Assembly: GCA_964447495.1 (NCBI GenBank)
Contig: CAYUTF010000006.1
Span: 1,156 to 65,155, forward strand
DNA length: 64,000 bases
Direction of reading: 5' to 3'
Origin: an uncultured archaeon
Lineage (GTDB): Archaea > Asgardarchaeota > Lokiarchaeia > Sigyniarchaeales > SOKP01
This document shows positions 36,982-46,741 of this stretch, one piece after another. The stretch's first letter is position 1. Each line of letters begins with the position of its first letter. Below the pieces are notes generated by a model, which had not been told where the DNA came from, made no database searches, and saw nothing but the letters and a program-made list of their open reading frames with translations. The position numbers and the translations under genes were made by a program.

Positions 36982-38337
36982 ATGGAGTTATTATTACAGA
37001 TAATAGTAATATGTTGTTTCATAGTAGTCATTATAGCACTTTTTAGGGATAAGATTGATTTTTTGTTTTATTCTATGGCTGCAATGCTTATCGCAGCAGC
37101 AGCAACTTACTTTTTGTCTACAGAGCCTGTATCAATGGAAGACTTATTTCTATCAGTAGATTGGGCAGTTATTTTTTTTTTAATATCCTTATTCACCATT
37201 GTAGCAATCTTAGAAGAAAAAAAAATTTTTCAAGAAATAGCAAGAAGAATAACAACCAAATTTAGCACCAATACTAGAAGATTTTTCTGGGTAATTTGTC
37301 TTACATCAACTATCAGTGCAGCATTTATAGAAGATGTCTCAGTTGCGATTATTTTCATCCCTATGATTATCAACACAAGTGAAAAAATGAAAATAAATCC
37401 AGCACCTATTCTCTTAGGAATGACAATTTGCATCAATCTTGCTTCTACACTTACCCCATTTGGTTCTGCTGAGAATATTCTAATAGCGAATCAGTTTAAT
37501 CTCTCGTTTCAATGGTTTTTCCTTAATTTAGGTTTATATTTCATAATAGGCACTTTAACTACTCTATATTTTTTAGATAAATTTATTCTTCAGAAACATT
37601 TAAAAGATATTTGGATTCCGCATTGTGAAGAACCCAAAGAATCCTTAATAAAAGAAGATATTGAAGAACAAGAGTTAATAATTATGGAAAAGCCTATAAA
37701 TCAAAAAATTTTTTATAAGAACTTGATATCGCTTTCAATTTTCTTCATTTTACTAGTTTTCATTCCAAATATCTTATTTATGGGAATTTTGGGAATGCTT
37801 TTGTTTGTATTAATCAACCCTCGGAAGGGTGAATCTGGAAAAAGATACCCTGATATCTCTTATTACTTTAAGAAGGTAGATTTTAAGTTAGTTTTTTTCT
37901 TCATTAGTTTGTTTGTACTCGTATTTTCTTTTGAAAAGGCAGGGATTATCCAATTGTTAGAGAATCTGGTTTTAAATATTGCTCCAGAAAATTTATTCTT
38001 ATTAAGCATTATGATCTTGATTTTAACATCTGTTCTTTCAGGATTTCTTGATAATGTTCCAGTGACGGTGTTTTTTATACCTATAATACAGGTTATAGTA
38101 GATAATAGCCTTGCTTCTATTCCTATTCTGATTGCTTTTATTTTAGGTATAAATTTGGGAGGGAACTTTTTACCTCAAGGTTCTGCGGCAGATATGATGA
38201 CGCTTGAATTGTCTAAAAAGTCTTGCGGAAATGATCTTAATTATAAAAGGTTGTTAAAAGTTGGTGGAATATTCGCAATTTACCATATAGCCTTAGGGAT
38301 TGGATATCTTGCTTTATTGATATTCTTCTTCTTTTAA
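36982..38337 (+). CDS. ArsB/NhaD/CitMHS-superfamily ion transporter permease
   Basis: It is a polytopic membrane protein with an internal two-fold repeat and a central hydrophilic loop. The family assignment rests on overall pattern only. Confidence 0.5.
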   Translation: MELLLQIIVICCFIVVIIALFRDKIDFLFYSMAAMLIAAAATYFLSTEPVSMEDLFLSVDWAVIFFLISLFTIVAILEEKKIFQEIARRITTKFSTNTRRFFWVICLTSTISAAFIEDVSVAIIFIPMIINTSEKMKINPAPILLGMTICINLASTLTPFGSAENILIANQFNLSFQWFFLNLGLYFIIGTLTTLYFLDKFILQKHLKDIWIPHCEEPKESLIKEDIEEQELIIMEKPINQKIFYKNLISLSIFFILLVFIPNILFMGILGMLLFVLINPRKGESGKRYPDISYYFKKVDFKLVFFFISLFVLVFSFEKAGIIQLLENLVLNIAPENLFLLSIMILILTSVLSGFLDNVPVTVFFIPIIQVIVDNSLASIPILIAFILGINLGGNFLPQGSAADMMTLELSKKSCGNDLNYKRLLKVGGIFAIYHIALGIGYLALLIFFFF

Positions 38338-38364
38338 AATGAAATTACACTTTTAATTCTTAAA

Positions 38365-38931
38365 ATGAATCTAGAGATTATGAAGCAGAACAGAGCAATC
38401 ATTTTAGATAGAGACGGAGTTTTAATAGAAGATAAAGATTATTCCTATAAACTTGAAGATTTAGTGCTTTTACCGGGAGTAATAGAAGGACTAAAATTAT
38501 TGCACATAAAATACAAGCTTTTTATCGTAACTAATCAATCTGGGATTGGAAAGGGCTTTTATACTGTAAATGATTTTTTTATTTATAACAATTATTTAAT
38601 CTCTCTGTTAAAAAAAGAAGGTATACGAATTGAAGAAACCTTTTTTTGTCCGCATCTAAAAGAAGAGAATTGTGAGTGTCGAAAACCAAAACCTAAATAT
38701 TTATTTGATATTCGGAACGGTTGGAAGATTGATTTGAAATTGTCTTGGATGATTGGTGATCATCCATCAGACATACTTTTTGGCATAAATGGAGGCTGTA
38801 AAACAGTCTATATGAGTACTGGACATGGCGAGAAACACCTAAATGAACTGATTTCTCAAAAGATTAAACCCACTGTAATAAGTTCTAACTTTCTTAATGC
38901 CGCAGAAAAAATCCTTGAATTCACACTTTAA
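38365..38931 (+). CDS. HAD-IIIA phosphatase (GmhB/histidinol-phosphatase-like)
   Basis: ILDRDGVLIED, VTNQSGIG and the Zn-loop CPHLKEENCECRKPKP are present. Confidence 0.8.
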   Translation: MNLEIMKQNRAIILDRDGVLIEDKDYSYKLEDLVLLPGVIEGLKLLHIKYKLFIVTNQSGIGKGFYTVNDFFIYNNYLISLLKKEGIRIEETFFCPHLKEENCECRKPKPKYLFDIRNGWKIDLKLSWMIGDHPSDILFGINGGCKTVYMSTGHGEKHLNELISQKIKPTVISSNFLNAAEKILEFTL

Positions 38932-39041
38932 ATTGATGTAAAAATGTGGCATAAAATATTCAAATAAATTAATCATATGTAGAAATTTATCTAATCTTAA
39001 ATATTAAATGAAAAAAAAATATTAAAAATAAAAAAGGAATT

Positions 39042-40220
39042 TTAATCTCTTTTTTTTCCAAGATAAGGCATTGCATGCTCATATCTTTTTAAAACAAATC
39101 GAGATATCACAATTCTTTGAATTTCGCTGGTTCCTTCATAGATTTGGTATAGTTTTGCATCTCTAAATAATTTTTCGACTGGGTATGTTCTCAAATATCC
39201 ATAACCTCCGAAAATCTGGATAGCTTCAGTTGTTACATTCATGACAACATCTGAAGCAAATGCTTTAGCAATAGCAGAACTCAAATTATTATCCATGCCT
39301 TGATCTGCTTCCCAAGCTGCTTTATGAGTCAACAAACGTGCCGCTTCAATATCCTTATACATGTTAGCGATTTTTTCTTGTATCATTTGATAATTTTCAA
39401 TTGGTCTTCCAAAAGCTTCTCTTTTTTTCGCATAGTCAATAGAATATTCCATTGCTGATCGAGCACACCCAACAGCAAAAGCACCTATAGCAGGCCGAGT
39501 ATGAGCGAAAGTTTGCATTGCGAGTACGAAACCTCTTCCTGGTTTTGCTAAAACATTTTCTTTGGGTATTCTTACATCCTTTAGATTTACTGCGACCGTA
39601 TTAGAAGCTCTTTGACCCAATTTGGGAATATGCTTTCCTAACCGGACACCTTCAGTTTTTGTATCTACAATAAAAGCGCCTATTCCCTTATGCTTCTTCT
39701 CTGGATCTACTGTAGCAAAAACAGTAATATAATCTGCATATCCTCCGTTTGTGATCCAAAATTTATTGCCATTAAGGATATATTCCTCACCATCTTTTTC
39801 TGCCCGACATTTCATCCCCGCAACATCAGAGCCCATGGTGGGTTCAGAAGTCGCAAAAGCAATTAATTTAAATTCACTGGTTAACCCTTTTAGAATTCTT
39901 TGTTTTTGCTCTTCATTACCTCCAATAACTATTGGTTCAGCACCAAGATTATTATCAAAAATTGATGTTGCAATACCAGGACAAGCAGAAGAAAACTCTT
40001 CCACTACAATGCAGGCATCCAATAAACCATAACCAGGACCACCATATTGCTTAGGAATTCCTAAGTTAAGTAAGCCTTCTTCCCAAGCTTTCTTAATAAC
40101 TGGTAAAGGAAATTCTTCCGATTCGTCATATTTTTGTCCTACAGGTAAAACTTCCCGAATTGCGAATTCTCTTGCTTTTTTTTTAAGAGTTATTTGTTCT
40201 TCCGTTAATTTAAAATCCAT
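39042..40220 (-). CDS. acyl-CoA dehydrogenase
   Basis: The full-length ACAD pattern is present (TEPTMGSDVAG, FWITNGG, QIFGGYGY, YEGTSEIQR). Confidence 0.9.
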   Translation of the reverse strand: MDFKLTEEQITLKKKAREFAIREVLPVGQKYDESEEFPLPVIKKAWEEGLLNLGIPKQYGGPGYGLLDACIVVEEFSSACPGIATSIFDNNLGAEPIVIGGNEEQKQRILKGLTSEFKLIAFATSEPTMGSDVAGMKCRAEKDGEEYILNGNKFWITNGGYADYITVFATVDPEKKHKGIGAFIVDTKTEGVRLGKHIPKLGQRASNTVAVNLKDVRIPKENVLAKPGRGFVLAMQTFAHTRPAIGAFAVGCARSAMEYSIDYAKKREAFGRPIENYQMIQEKIANMYKDIEAARLLTHKAAWEADQGMDNNLSSAIAKAFASDVVMNVTTEAIQIFGGYGYLRTYPVEKLFRDAKLYQIYEGTSEIQRIVISRFVLKRYEHAMPYLGKKRD

Positions 40221-40235
40221 GATTTTATCCTCTTT

Positions 40236-41444
40236 TTAACCCATTTTTTGAATTAATTTGTCTACTATTTTTTCAAAATCTAATTCTTCTGGTTTTGGTA
40301 CAAATTTGATCTCTATTTTTTCATCCATAACATCTATTTTAGTCGCTTCTAATTCCTTAATTATCTCTTTAACTGCTCCACCGCCCCATCCATAGGAACC
40401 GAAAGCCATTCCTATTTTATTCATGGGTTTAAGCCCTTTCTGATAACTTAAATATTCAGCGACTAATGGATAAAGACCATTATTCAATGTTGGGCTTCCT
40501 ACTAGAATTGCTTTTGCTTTCATTGCCTCTGTTATAACATCAGAATAGTCTGCATTGGTCAATCGAAATCGTTTTACACGGATACCTCTATGAGTAAGTT
40601 CTTTATACAATGCTTTAGCAATTTTTTCGGTACTTCCCCACATTGTATCGTACACAATTATAACGCTTTTTTCATCGATCTCACCTGCTGACCATTTCTT
40701 ATATGCTTCAACAATCTTGCCAATATGAGTTCGCCAGCATATTCCATGAGAGGGGCATATTATCTCGATAGGTAGAGCCCCCACTTTTGGTAATGCTTTC
40801 GCTATTAACCCAGATAAGTGCAGTAGAATATTCGCATAATATTTCTCTGCCTCCCACATTATTTCAGAAAGATCATTTTCATCATCCCATCGTTTAGACG
40901 TAGCTAAATGTTGCCCAAAAGCATCATTTGAAAATAAAATATTTTTCCCATTCTTGTCTGTCATAAAAGATACCATCGAATCTGGCCAATGAATCATTGG
41001 AATTGGAACAAATGCAAATTGTTTACCATTTCCGATATCTAAAGTATCGCCTTCTTTAACGGTTCTAATCTTTTCAAAATTTTCTTTCTCGATTTCCTCA
41101 TGATATTGAAGTTCAAGAATTTCCTTTCCTCGAGTAGAGGCTATAACTTCTGCATTTGGTAAGTATTTCAAAATTAAGGGAAAGGAGCCTGAATGATCGG
41201 GTTCTACATGATTGACAATAAAATAGTCAATCTCTTTTGGATCACATACATGCTTGATATTATTTAAGAAATATTCAAAATAGGGGCGCTTTACAGCATC
41301 GATTAAGACCGTTTTATCCCCTGATTTCACAATATAGGCGTTATAAGAAGAGCCTTTATGCGTAGAATATCCATGGAAGTTTCGAACCTCGAAATCTACA
41401 TATCCCACATAAGATACATCTTTCATTAGTTCTAAATGTGTCAT
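40236..41444 (-). CDS. fprA: flavodiiron protein (FprA; metallo-beta-lactamase plus flavodoxin domains)
   Basis: HVEPDHSG is the diiron motif, and the C-terminal flavodoxin segment is IVYDTMWGSTEKIA. Confidence 0.9.
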   Translation of the reverse strand: MTHLELMKDVSYVGYVDFEVRNFHGYSTHKGSSYNAYIVKSGDKTVLIDAVKRPYFEYFLNNIKHVCDPKEIDYFIVNHVEPDHSGSFPLILKYLPNAEVIASTRGKEILELQYHEEIEKENFEKIRTVKEGDTLDIGNGKQFAFVPIPMIHWPDSMVSFMTDKNGKNILFSNDAFGQHLATSKRWDDENDLSEIMWEAEKYYANILLHLSGLIAKALPKVGALPIEIICPSHGICWRTHIGKIVEAYKKWSAGEIDEKSVIIVYDTMWGSTEKIAKALYKELTHRGIRVKRFRLTNADYSDVITEAMKAKAILVGSPTLNNGLYPLVAEYLSYQKGLKPMNKIGMAFGSYGWGGGAVKEIIKELEATKIDVMDEKIEIKFVPKPEELDFEKIVDKLIQKMG

Positions 41445-41566
41445 TAATTAATTCACCATCTTTTTAGGATTAATTCTGTTATTTTTTTGTAATTTCATTA
41501 CAATTATAAATTTACTTTCTATGATTTATAATATTAAATAAGAATTATTTTAAATGTTGATGAGGC

Positions 41567-42448
41567 TTATTCTAAAGGCCACTCCAATAATGAGAGGATT
41601 AGGTTTTGGTTGGAAATTCCTCCTCGGGTTAATTGCCCTATAAAGCTCTCCTTGCCAAACATTTTTCGAGTGATATATCGTAATAAGCGTTTACCACTAT
41701 ATCCTTTATCTTTTGCTTCTTTATAAAATTTAAATGCATTCTTATGCAGTTTCTCAATTTCTATCATTTTTTCCTCGAAGATCTTTTGAGTATTAAATAT
41801 GCCTCGACCTGAGGTAAAAATTTTTAATTTTTCCATGCTTGTGGTGATTAAATCAAGCTTTTTTAAAGAATTATATATCTGAGATATATTCTCAGGAATA
41901 TCGGTATTTTTACCAAATATCATAGTGTATTTTGGCATTATTCCATCTGCAACAATAGCCCATTGCTGCTTCTTTTCTATTAGAGCAATTTCTTCTATTG
42001 CATGACCTGGAATTTCAACTACATCAAAATTATATTTATTCGAATGAGTTGAGATTGATTTACCTATAGGTTTTCCTTCAAAAGGGTGATAAGGGTAACC
42101 CCATGTAATTCGCCTATAATCAGGATAATCTTTCTCGTTTTTTAAAAGAGGTATTGCTTTCTTGCTAGCATAAATCGGAACATTAAATTCTGATTGAAGC
42201 ATTGCTGCCCCACCACAATGATCTTCATGAGAATGTGTAATTATACATTTTTTTACCTTCTGTTCTTCATCAAGCGAAGAAAGAAATTTTTTTAATTCAT
42301 TTTCTCCTGCTGGAGGTCCTGAGTCAATTAGCAATCCATCAATCAAATAGCACGATGTCCAAAAAGGAGCGGGAAGAAGTTTACTGTCTGAGGACCACTT
42401 CCATTCAATAATTTCATTATTGCAATGATGTAGTATTTGTACGACCAT
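41567..42448 (-). CDS. MBL-fold metallo-hydrolase
   Basis: The HxHxDH motif is present (THSHEDHCGG). Confidence 0.7.
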   Translation of the reverse strand: MVVQILHHCNNEIIEWKWSSDSKLLPAPFWTSCYLIDGLLIDSGPPAGENELKKFLSSLDEEQKVKKCIITHSHEDHCGGAAMLQSEFNVPIYASKKAIPLLKNEKDYPDYRRITWGYPYHPFEGKPIGKSISTHSNKYNFDVVEIPGHAIEEIALIEKKQQWAIVADGIMPKYTMIFGKNTDIPENISQIYNSLKKLDLITTSMEKLKIFTSGRGIFNTQKIFEEKMIEIEKLHKNAFKFYKEAKDKGYSGKRLLRYITRKMFGKESFIGQLTRGGISNQNLILSLLEWPLE

Positions 42449-42603
42449 CTTGATACCAATAAAAATTAAGATTCAATAAAGCAAAGGAGAAAAAGAAATA
42501 AAAAAGCTAGGATTGTACCCAAAAAAAAATTTGCTTATGAAATGAATTTATTTCGAAAAAATTAAAAAATTTAAAAAAAAGGATAAGATAATATTAATCA
42601 TTA

Positions 42604-42744
42604 TTAATCTGATATTTTCGTGAAGAAACTTTTATCTACTCCACACACAGGGCATACCCAATCATCAGGTAAGTCTTCAAACTTGGTGCCTTCTGCAGCT
42701 TCATCATAAATAAAACCGCAAGCCCCACACTCATATTTCGCTAT
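42604..42744 (-). CDS. rubredoxin (46 aa; not in ORF track)
   Basis: Reverse translation gives (I)[45 protein letters not shown]. It has C-x2-C...C-x2-C with the canonical Y-x-C, DLPDDW and CPVCG motifs. No ATG, GTG or TTG lies between the upstream TGA (42753-42751) and the first Cys. ATA 42744-42742 lies 6 nt after AGGTGA. Confidence 0.75.
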   Translation of the reverse strand: MAKYECGACGFIYDEAAEGTKFEDLPDDWVCPVCGVDKSFFTKISD

Positions 42745-42881
42745 GATCTTTCACCTATTTTTAGTTACTTTTAATTTTCTAATTATTTTATGGATTTGTT
42801 AATTGAGTATTTATTAAAAATATTAATTTAATAATTTATAAATAAATTTGGTTAACTTCTATTTAACGTTTAATATAAAGT

Positions 42882-43031
42882 CTAAATTGTATTAGGTTTT
42901 TTTATAAATAATTGTCGTGCTGCTCTGCATTTCGGACATTTATATTCCTCATTCAAGTTATCGAATGGTATTTTGTTCTCTTCATCAATGTAAAGGTAAT
43001 TACATCGTTTGCATCTATATATCGCCACCAA
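42882..43031 (-). CDS. rubredoxin-like small CxxC...CxxC protein (49 aa; not in ORF track)
   Basis: Reverse translation gives (M)VAIYRCKRCNYLYIDEENKIPFDNLNEEYKCPKCRAARQLFIKKPNTI*. The start is TTG 43031 or GTG 43028, just after GGTGAT. It lies 10 nt downstream of the NROR-Rd gene stop. Confidence 0.55.
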   Translation of the reverse strand: MVAIYRCKRCNYLYIDEENKIPFDNLNEEYKCPKCRAARQLFIKKPNTI

Positions 43032-43040
43032 ATCACCGCT

Positions 43041-44405
43041 TTATTCTTTTAGTTTGAAATCTTTTTTAGTAGCACGGCACTTTGGATTAGGGCATTTAAA
43101 ATCTTCTGGTAAATCTTTAAATGTTACGTCCATTTTAGCCTCATCGTAGACAGCACCACAGTTGACGCATGCATATTCATGTATATTTAACAAGTTCTTT
43201 AATTCTTTCGTATTGACATCTTGCTCCATCTTACTATAAACATAGGATAATGCATTATTATCACCAAAGAGGATTGCTCCTTTAAGTTTATTATCTTTAA
43301 GAACGACTTTTTGATAACAGCAATCTTTTTTATCTGCGCGTTTTAAGATATCCCATCCGCCACCCTTTTCGCTACTAGGATCAAAGGTTCCGATTGAAGT
43401 TAGTTCTAATCCTACTATTTTTAGGGTATTTTTCGGAGTTGTGCCAGTATACTCTTTCATTTTCTTCTCAAGTACCGAAGCGGCTATGATTTTTGATTGC
43501 TCCATGCATGCAGGGATAATTCCCCACGTTTGATTTTTATATTCGATACAATCCCCAACAGCATAAATATCTTTTTCACTTGTTTCCAAGAATTCATTTA
43601 CGATAATCCCTCTATTAGTGGCAATACCTGCCTTTTGAGCTAATTCGATTTCAGGTTTGATTCCCGCTTGAATCAGGATAAGATCGGCAGTAAGGGTTCT
43701 CCCATCTTTTAATTTAATGCCCTCAACGCTTCCATTTCCCAATATTTCCTCTGTTGTTGCATTTAAGACAACTTCTATTCCACGATTTTCAATCTCTTCC
43801 TTTAACATAGTACTGCATTCGTCATCTAACTGTTTTGGTAGTAATCGAGGGAAAAATTCAACGATGGTTGTATCGAGATTTGATTTGTTAATTTGATTTG
43901 CTAATTCTAGACCTAATAATCCTCCACCAATTATTATCGCTTTCTTTTTTGAGTTGAATAGTTTGATATAATCCTTTATTTCCATAGCATCCTTTATGCT
44001 ACGGAGAGTAAAAAGCCCTTTATGGTTCATTTCTAGAGCATTTTTAATCGGAGGAATACTTGGATTACTTCCGGTGGCAATAATGAGCTTATTGTATGAT
44101 ATTGGATTAGGAGATTTCTCAGAATAGATCAATTTGTCTTTTGGGTTTATTTTTGTTATTTTTTCCCCAAGATGGAGCTTAATATTTTTAGTTTCATACC
44201 ATTTTTCTTTAAAGACAATTAAATCTGGGATTGTAACTTTATCGGAGATGAATTCTGGTAATTTAATCCGAGTATAGTAGGGATATTTTTCTTGAGTGAA
44301 TATGTCGATCTCCGCGCTATCATTGAGATTACGTATATTTTGAGCGCTAAAGGTTCCGGCAACATTATTACCGATTATTAATATCTTCATAGATTTTAAA
44401 CTCAT
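43041..44405 (-). CDS. NAD(P)H:rubredoxin oxidoreductase-like FAD flavoprotein with C-terminal rubredoxin-type domain
   Basis: It has two dinucleotide-binding motifs (ILIIGNNVAGTFSA; AIIIGGGLLGLELA) and GDC. The C-terminus is YACVNCGAVYDE...DLPEDFKCPNPKC (C-x2-C...C-x4-C). Confidence 0.8.
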   Translation of the reverse strand: MSLKSMKILIIGNNVAGTFSAQNIRNLNDSAEIDIFTQEKYPYYTRIKLPEFISDKVTIPDLIVFKEKWYETKNIKLHLGEKITKINPKDKLIYSEKSPNPISYNKLIIATGSNPSIPPIKNALEMNHKGLFTLRSIKDAMEIKDYIKLFNSKKKAIIIGGGLLGLELANQINKSNLDTTIVEFFPRLLPKQLDDECSTMLKEEIENRGIEVVLNATTEEILGNGSVEGIKLKDGRTLTADLILIQAGIKPEIELAQKAGIATNRGIIVNEFLETSEKDIYAVGDCIEYKNQTWGIIPACMEQSKIIAASVLEKKMKEYTGTTPKNTLKIVGLELTSIGTFDPSSEKGGGWDILKRADKKDCCYQKVVLKDNKLKGAILFGDNNALSYVYSKMEQDVNTKELKNLLNIHEYACVNCGAVYDEAKMDVTFKDLPEDFKCPNPKCRATKKDFKLKE

Positions 44406-44542
44406 TTCATTTTATTTTAAGATTATTATTATATATTTAAAATTTAAAAATAAAATGAGAAGATTTGGAGATGTTCAAATAAAACTTTAATAATTCATGA
44501 TAATTCAATACAATGAAAAAAATTTTGTAAGAGGTTATATAA

Positions 44543-44929
44543 ATGTTAGAAAAATTGAAGATTGATTTAATTGAAAAGATAATTGATACATTACCACTTG
44601 AGATGTCTTTTATTGATGCAGAGGACCGTGTTCAATATTATAGTAAAGGAAATAAAAGGATTTTTAAAAGATCTCCAGCTGTAATCGGTAAAAAAGTACA
44701 AAATTGTCATCCTCAGAAAAGTCTTGATAAAGTAAATGCAATATTAGAAGATTTTAAAAACAAGAAGCGAAATGTAGCGGAATTTTGGATTCCAGTAAAT
44801 GATATGTTTTTATATATCAGATATTTCCCTGTTGAAGATGAAAACGGAAAATACTTAGGAACATTAGAAGTGACTCAAGAGATAAGTAAGATTAAGACAA
44901 TAGAAGGAGAAAAAAGATTGCTTGATTGA
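44543..44929 (+). CDS. PAS-like domain protein of the type found C-terminal in DUF438/hemerythrin-associated proteins
   Basis: LPLEMSFIDAEDRVQYYSKG..IFKRSPAVIGKKVQNCHPQKS...ILEDFKNKKRNVAEFWI matches that conserved family pattern. Confidence 0.55.
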   Translation: MLEKLKIDLIEKIIDTLPLEMSFIDAEDRVQYYSKGNKRIFKRSPAVIGKKVQNCHPQKSLDKVNAILEDFKNKKRNVAEFWIPVNDMFLYIRYFPVEDENGKYLGTLEVTQEISKIKTIEGEKRLLD

Positions 44930-45007
44930 AACCAGTAATCGAAGATGTTCGAAAGTTAGAGTTTAAGGTTTCTATAATTCAAACATCTATGATTGAATTG
45001 GTTCTTA

Positions 45008-45760
45008 TCAATAGGATTTCTTAAAACAGATTATTCCCCCAAATTCATTAATTCGGCTTCCCGCAGCAGTCTCTTCAGAGATTATTCTTGTCATAATTCC
45101 CTTGTTTTCAGCGATTTGTTTAAGTCTGTAAATTCGGTTCTTTTTTTTATGATTTTCAAAAAAATTATCAGATATTAAAAGATAATCTACTTTTTCAGCT
45201 GGAGATTTATCATTTTTGCCACCCTTATAAATTAAATCCTCGATCTCTTTTAAACCATAAAGTACTAATATGGTTTTATCATCTAAGTTTATTGCTTTCT
45301 CAAGCTGGTTTATAATAAGATTGGTTTCATCTGATATTGTTTCGGATATAATTTTCAAAGAATGGTCCTGAGCTATGAGAGTCGTTGTTTCTTCTAAATT
45401 ACGAGCAAAACCATCAATTTGTCCAATAGTTATCTGGTTATTTCTTCTTGAACTTACTAACCAATGATGATGTTTATTGATATGTTCAAGAAAGCTATTA
45501 GAATAATCTAGTTTTGAAGGATTCGCTAAGAGAATACTTTTAAGACCATTGTTTATTATTGGTCTGATCGAATCTACGAGCTCTTCAAAAAAGTGGTATT
45601 TTTCCTTATCATCTGCATATTGCCATTTCTTAGATAGTTTTATTTGTTTAATTCTATTTACTTTATAAGTATAAACGTTCCAAAGATGTATTTCTTGCTC
45701 AGCAAACCCAACCAGCAATGCAACCAAGAATCCTCTTTTTTGCTTTTTCTTCATTGCCAT
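45008..45760 (-). CDS. short eRF1/Pelota-like paralog (central plus C-terminal domains only, no GGQ)
   Basis: The C-terminal part (VLYGLKEIEDLIYKGG...VDYLLISD...LKQIAENKGIMTRIISEETAAGSRINEFGGIICF) resembles eRF1 domain 3. The N-terminal part (GFLVALLVGFAEQEIHLWNV) resembles the central domain. It is only 250 aa long. Confidence 0.5.
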   Translation of the reverse strand: MAMKKKQKRGFLVALLVGFAEQEIHLWNVYTYKVNRIKQIKLSKKWQYADDKEKYHFFEELVDSIRPIINNGLKSILLANPSKLDYSNSFLEHINKHHHWLVSSRRNNQITIGQIDGFARNLEETTTLIAQDHSLKIISETISDETNLIINQLEKAINLDDKTILVLYGLKEIEDLIYKGGKNDKSPAEKVDYLLISDNFFENHKKKNRIYRLKQIAENKGIMTRIISEETAAGSRINEFGGIICFKKSY

Positions 45761-45971
45761 GAATAAAGTGGATTGAGTATTAGATGTTTTTTGTAAAAAT
45801 AATTACTTAATGACCGATTTCTCTATTCTATAGGAGAAATCCTTCAAAATTTAAATTATAAATATAAAATGTTTTCAAATTAATTAAAATTTCTCCTTTA
45901 GAATTAGTTAAATGAATCCTTAGAACATGTTCGAGATAGAAATTATTTTTTAGAAAATATTGTATCTATTT

Positions 45972-46721
45972 ATGACCGAAGCTCAAAGTAAAAGAGTAAA
46001 AAGAAAGATCATTGAAATTGATGATGAACTGTGTACTGGCTGTGGAAATTGTGTCGTCTCTTGTGCAGAAGGAGCTTTAAAAATAATTGATGGAAAAGCA
46101 CGCGTCATAAATGAAGTTTTTTGTGATGGATTAGGAGCCTGTATCGGAGAATGTCCTGAAGGAGCTCTAAAAATTATAGAAAGAGAAGCTTTAGAATTTA
46201 ATGAGGAGGAAGTCGAAAAATATTTGGAATCTATAAAACAAGAAACTATAAGCGAAGTTCATCAATGTGGTTGTCCTTCCGCTCAAACTATAGTATTTGA
46301 AGAAAATCTCGCTGAAGAGATGCCTTCTGGAGAGTCTTATTCAGCACTTAGGCAGTGGCCAATCCAGATGCATTTAATAAATCCTTCAGCACCCTATTTT
46401 AAAAATGCAGATGTGTTACTCACAGCAGATTGTGTTGCTTATGCACTCGGAGGATATCACAGCGAGTTTCTGAGAGGAAAATCTATAGCTATTGCATGTC
46501 CTAAACTTGACCAAGGAAGAGAACGATACATTGAGAAGATTAGAATGTGGATTGATGATGCAAAAATCAATACGCTTACAGTTATGATGATGGAAGTTCC
46601 ATGTTGTACGGGATTATTAGCTCTAGCAAAAGATGCTGCAAATCAGGCACGTCGAAAAGTTCCTATTAAATATATTATAGTTGGGATAAAAGGAGAGATA
46701 TTAAAAGAAGAATGGCTTTAA
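45972..46721 (+). CDS. 2x[4Fe-4S] ferredoxin-domain protein with conserved Cys-rich C-terminal domain
   Basis: CTGCGNCVVSC and CDGLGACIGECP are present, and the downstream domain has CGCP, ADCVAY, IACPKLD and VPCCTG. The track ORF begins at TTG 45960. Confidence 0.65.
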   Translation: MTEAQSKRVKRKIIEIDDELCTGCGNCVVSCAEGALKIIDGKARVINEVFCDGLGACIGECPEGALKIIEREALEFNEEEVEKYLESIKQETISEVHQCGCPSAQTIVFEENLAEEMPSGESYSALRQWPIQMHLINPSAPYFKNADVLLTADCVAYALGGYHSEFLRGKSIAIACPKLDQGRERYIEKIRMWIDDAKINTLTVMMMEVPCCTGLLALAKDAANQARRKVPIKYIIVGIKGEILKEEWL

Positions 46722-46741
46722 TATTCTTCGTTTTATCGATT

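Noticed and set aside
44993-45178. Plus-strand 61-aa ORF.
   Set aside because: It lies antisense to the C-terminal, eRF1-domain-3-like part of 45008..45760, and its sequence is not protein-like.
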